64,000 nucleotides of DNA from Felis catus. Lineage: Eukaryota. This document shows positions 60,071 to 64,000 of this stretch, one piece after another. Location of the stretch: contig NC_058368.1 in the NCBI RefSeq assembly GCF_018350175.1, forward strand, positions 88,166,001 through 88,230,000, in the 5' to 3' direction. The position numbers and the translations under genes were made by a program. The notes under the pieces are model-generated. The model had not been told where the DNA came from and did no database searches. It saw only the letters and a program-made list of their open reading frames with translations. Every line of letters starts with the position of its first letter. Within the stretch, counting starts at the first letter, position 1.

Positions 60071-63000
60071 GCCCCCCACCTCCCCCCAGCTAACCTAAGT
60101 GCAGCCTGCAGATTTCTCTGAGGGTAGATTTTTGTGAATTTGCACCTCTCTCATGGAGAGCCTGAAGACTGTGAGGCTTTGAGGAGGTGGAAGATGGACA
60201 GAGTGGGAGGTGTGCCCTCAGCCTACAATGTGTCTCTGGTCTCCTGGCCCCCAGCCTCGGCCTCCTACAGCTGTGGGGTGTGGTAGGCCCCTCCTGGTTC
60301 ACCTGGGGCAGCCATGGGCCACTCTGTGTGCCCACACCCTGTCTTGGCCCAGGCAGCGGAGAGGTCTGGCTGGGCTCCAGATGGCCCCTTGTGCCCACAG
60401 CCTCTCCCCACAGGACCCAGCTTGGCAGCAAGCACCAGCCGGGCCCCCTTGCTCCTCTTCGTGCTCCCTTCCATCTCATCTGCATCCTGTGGCCACAGCT
60501 ATCCTGGCTCTTGGGGGCCCCAGGGACTCCTGGACCCTCAGGGTAGGTGTGGTGGGGACTGCGATGTTGGCCACCCTTTGTGTTGGGCCCAGACCCCTGT
60601 CTCGGGACTGTCCTGTTGGCTCCAGAGTGGACAGACCCCTCTGTCCATCTACTTGCAGGAGGGTCCCACTCAATCTCCTCAATGCCTGGGTGGGGAGACT
60701 GAGGCCCGAGGTCCTAGGGCAGACACGAGACCTGTACCCTTGTGCAGGGGTCAGGCTTCAGACAGAGGAGGCCCAGACTGGCGCCCGGCCCCCACGGCGT
60801 GGGGTGTCAGCTGACCATTCTGCATGCACACCACATGTCGGACAACGAGGGAGCAGAGGAGCCTCAGACAGATGGGACAGGCCCCAAGACCAAGCTGGAG
60901 GTGAGGCGTCCGTGGGAACTTCCTCCCACCTGACTCCTTTCATTCCTTGTGGGTGCTGGAGCTAGGGCTCAGCCAGCTCGGCCCAGGGGCAGCCCCCATT
61001 GGGCCTCTCTCCTGAGCACCCCTTCCACACCACCAACCTCACTGGGCTTCACAGTTCCTGCCCACCCAGCCTTCTCCCACGGTCGGCTGAAACTTCATCC
61101 CTGCCCTGATGCTCGGGCCCCAGTGGACATGTCCCCTCTGCTCCTGTGGCCCACATCCCCTCCCAGGGCTCTGAATTCTGCCAGTACTGTTCTGAATCTC
61201 TCTGCCTGCAAAATGCAGCTGCCTCCTGCAGGCAGCCATCCCAGATTTCCTGCTTCTGATGGAGCAGTACCTCTGAGTGTGACCATCTCTGTTCTGGGTG
61301 GGGTGGGTGTATCTTGCTCTGGGGGGTAGCCCAGAGGGACGGGGAGTCTTGCTGGGGTCAGGGGGCTGGCCATGGAAGGCCGGGGAGCAGGGAATGGGCT
61401 CCTGGCACTCTGCCTATTGGGGCGCCTCTGCAGCTGGGCTTGCACACGGCGGGGAGGCCTAATTGGCTGCGTCTGCAGCCTGAAAAGCAGCCCCAGAGAC
61501 AGACAGCGGTCTGGGCCAGCTGCCTGGAGCCTGGGGGGCTGGGGGGCCCCCCGAGCAGCCCCACAAGACTGCCCGCCCTTCTGCCTTTCCCCGCTCCGCT
61601 TCCAGGACCGCGGGAGTATTTGTGTAAATACCGTGTGCTGCTGGATTCTGGATTCTGCCGGGGTGAAGTCATCCCCCTCCAGCTGGAGGCTGTGGAGGCG
61701 CATCCGGGTGGTAGGGGTCTCTGCCTGCCCCTCCCCCAAGGCCTGACAGCCAGCAGCCACTTGCGGGGCGCTGGGGCCCTGCCGCTTGCCCAGTCAGGCT
61801 CCTGTGTGACCTGGGCTGTTCCCTGAGCTTGGAGGCATGGGCCTGTACACCATCGGCGCTCCATAACTGCACAAGTGGGTGGAGACCCAGGCCTCCCAGA
61901 AGGCAGGGGATTGGTGAGGGGCCTCAACACTGAGCAGGAGCCTGGAGTGACCACAGCGGGGAGCCCAGGGCAGGGTGGCATCTGTGTGCTGGAGCAGAGG
62001 GGGAGAGTGTCTGCCCATCACACGAGCGCTGCCCAGGGGAGCCTCCCACCTAGGACCAGCCCCGTGCATCCCCACATCAGCGGCTCAGGTGGGCTGGGGA
62101 GCTTTGTACCCCCATCCATGGGACCCTGGTGTCGCCATGCAGAGCTGCCAGGGAGGTTAGTGTGAGATGGCTCTTGGAGCACCTGTGTGTGTATGAGCTC
62201 TGCACCTGACGCATGAGCCCGTGTGCGCATGTGTGTGCACTGTGGGTACGCACCACCCCATTTAGGCCCCGCAGCCACCCAGAGGAGCACAGTTCCTCAG
62301 ACCCACTTCACAGGCAGGAAAACTGAGGCACTGGGAGGTCCCAGGGGTGGTCACTTTGGCTCCATTATGTCCTGCCAGCTGATCAGAATTGACAGGTGTG
62401 GGAGACTTGTGGGCATTCGGGGGTCAGGATAGGGAGTCCTGAGGGCTGGGTGGCTGGACCTGTTCCAGGGTGCTCCTTGCTGGGCCCTCCTGTTATCCGC
62501 CGGAACCCAGGTGCCCCTCACAGCAGCCATGCCAGGTGCTGTCCAGCCTGGAGGGAGATCATGTCCCTGTTCCCACCTGAGACCACCCTGGCGGTCCCTG
62601 TTCTTGGCAGAGCAGATGCGAGGAGGGGGACAGTTCCCTGTCTGCTCTGGGGCAGGGGAGCCTGCAGACATAGAGCCCCAGGCCGAGCTCCACAGCCCAG
62701 TCCATCCATGCTACCCCACCTAAGGACCCCTCACATCCCAGCCTGGGCAGTAAGGGATTCCCCACTGCACGGCACACGGTGTGGAGCCTGTCATCAGTGG
62801 GCAAGCCCTGGGTGCCAGCACAGGACCATGTCAGGGCAGACCTGCACTGTCTGCAGCCTCTGAGCCTGGCAGGGGGATGCCTGTGGGGTGTCTTCGTGGC
62901 CAGGGCTCCCTCCCAGAACCCCAGGACTGTGTGCTCAGAGTGGGGTCCCGGACTGTAGACCAGGGCCCTACTGGCATCATGCACACCCACCTGTGGCAGC

Positions 63001-64000
63001 AACCCAGACCCCGCCTGGCTGGCCGGCTCCCCTTGCTCCTCCCAGATTCCGGCTCCAGCCACTCAGGACCTCTTAAGAGTCCCCAGAGCTGGGACAGGGC
63101 CCTGCTTCCTGCCGTGTGCCCCTTGGTGTGGGGCCAGGGCCAGCTTCCTCTATTAGTGGTGTCTGCCACTGTGGAGGGTGCCTTCTGGGAGGCTCTGCCA
63201 AACTCTGTTCAGGTGCCCGCCCTCCCCCCCGCCCTGCCCTGCCCCCACCACCATCCTGGATGCCCCATTCTCTCAACCACTTAATGAAGCCCCCACCAAT
63301 CCCTGTACCTCCCGCAGCTCCCACCTGGGGCTCTGTGGGGGCTCTGTCAGGTCTGTGGCCCCAAAGCGCCCCCCCGCCCCCCCGCCAGGATGGGGTTTAT
63401 CCGATGATACCCCTCAGTGCTGACTCTGTTTCCTCACGCAGGCGGTACCTTTTCAAGGTCGCTTTCCCAAACCCTGGCTTCATTTTGAGTCCTGCCCCCA
63501 GTCTGCCCTGGGCTCTGTTCCATTCACATCTCCTCCGGCCCTGAGGGACCCAATAGAGTCTTCTTGGCCAAAAGAGGCTGGCAGGTGCTGGGAGGAGGCC
63601 GGCCCTCCTTCCTGGGGTCAGCCTTCACCAGAGAAAGAAGGCTCTGTGGCCTGTGGGGACTGTGTCCTCCCTCTCTTCCTCTGGCCTTGGATACAGATGT
63701 GAGACTCCGTGGGCGACAGCCACAGCCCTTCTGTCCTGCGAGGAGAAGGCCACCATCTCCTTGCTGGCCCCTTGGTCCCTCCCTGGGCTGTGTTGCCGTG
63801 GCCCCTGGTGCCGAGCATGGGAGTCGCAGAGAGCTCTGTGTTGGAGTGTTCACAGCCCAGGAGGTGGGTGCTCTGCTGGAAACCCCCCAGCAGCTCGTTC
63901 CACATCCACAGGAAGCATCCCCCGTCCCCAGGAGTCAAGCCTTTCTGTTTCCTCCAAGCCCCATGGCATGAAGATTTCCAAATCTTCCATTTGCTAAGGA

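Noticed and set aside
48000..64000. Exons of a neighbouring gene such as PRSS38 downstream (or WNT3A upstream)
   Set aside because: I found no serine-protease or second Wnt motifs in the ORF track; short exons below the track threshold cannot be fully excluded.

Overview
Mammalian genomic DNA, almost certainly from a cat or another feliform: six CAN-SINE copies carry the feliform-type body and tail. The window holds one complete protein-coding gene, WNT9A, on the + strand. Its four coding exons (23346-23440, 40473-40729, 41528-41790, 43676-44158) splice to 1098 nt, or 365 aa plus stop. It has a CpG-island/TATA promoter and a 3' UTR with two candidate AATAAA signals. The upstream ~18 kb is mostly old L1, MaLR LTR and SINE remnants; the rest is GC-rich with an unusual density of minisatellites. 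I found no convincing new gene or new biological system, and nearly all ORF-track entries are GC-rich or repeat-derived noise. The most interesting signals concern WNT9A regulation: a GC-AG intron 3 followed by G-runs, a 5' splice site re-created at the exon 3/4 junction, an out-of-frame overlapping uORF in strong Kozak context, two miR-140-5p 8mers and a let-7 8mer in the 3' UTR, a degenerate copy of the CDS end just after the stop, and a homeodomain-site island in intron 3. There is also a 5'-inverted L1 and minisatellites with higher-order structure. Repeat family names come from my recognition of consensus sequences, not from a database search, and repeat boundaries are approximate.
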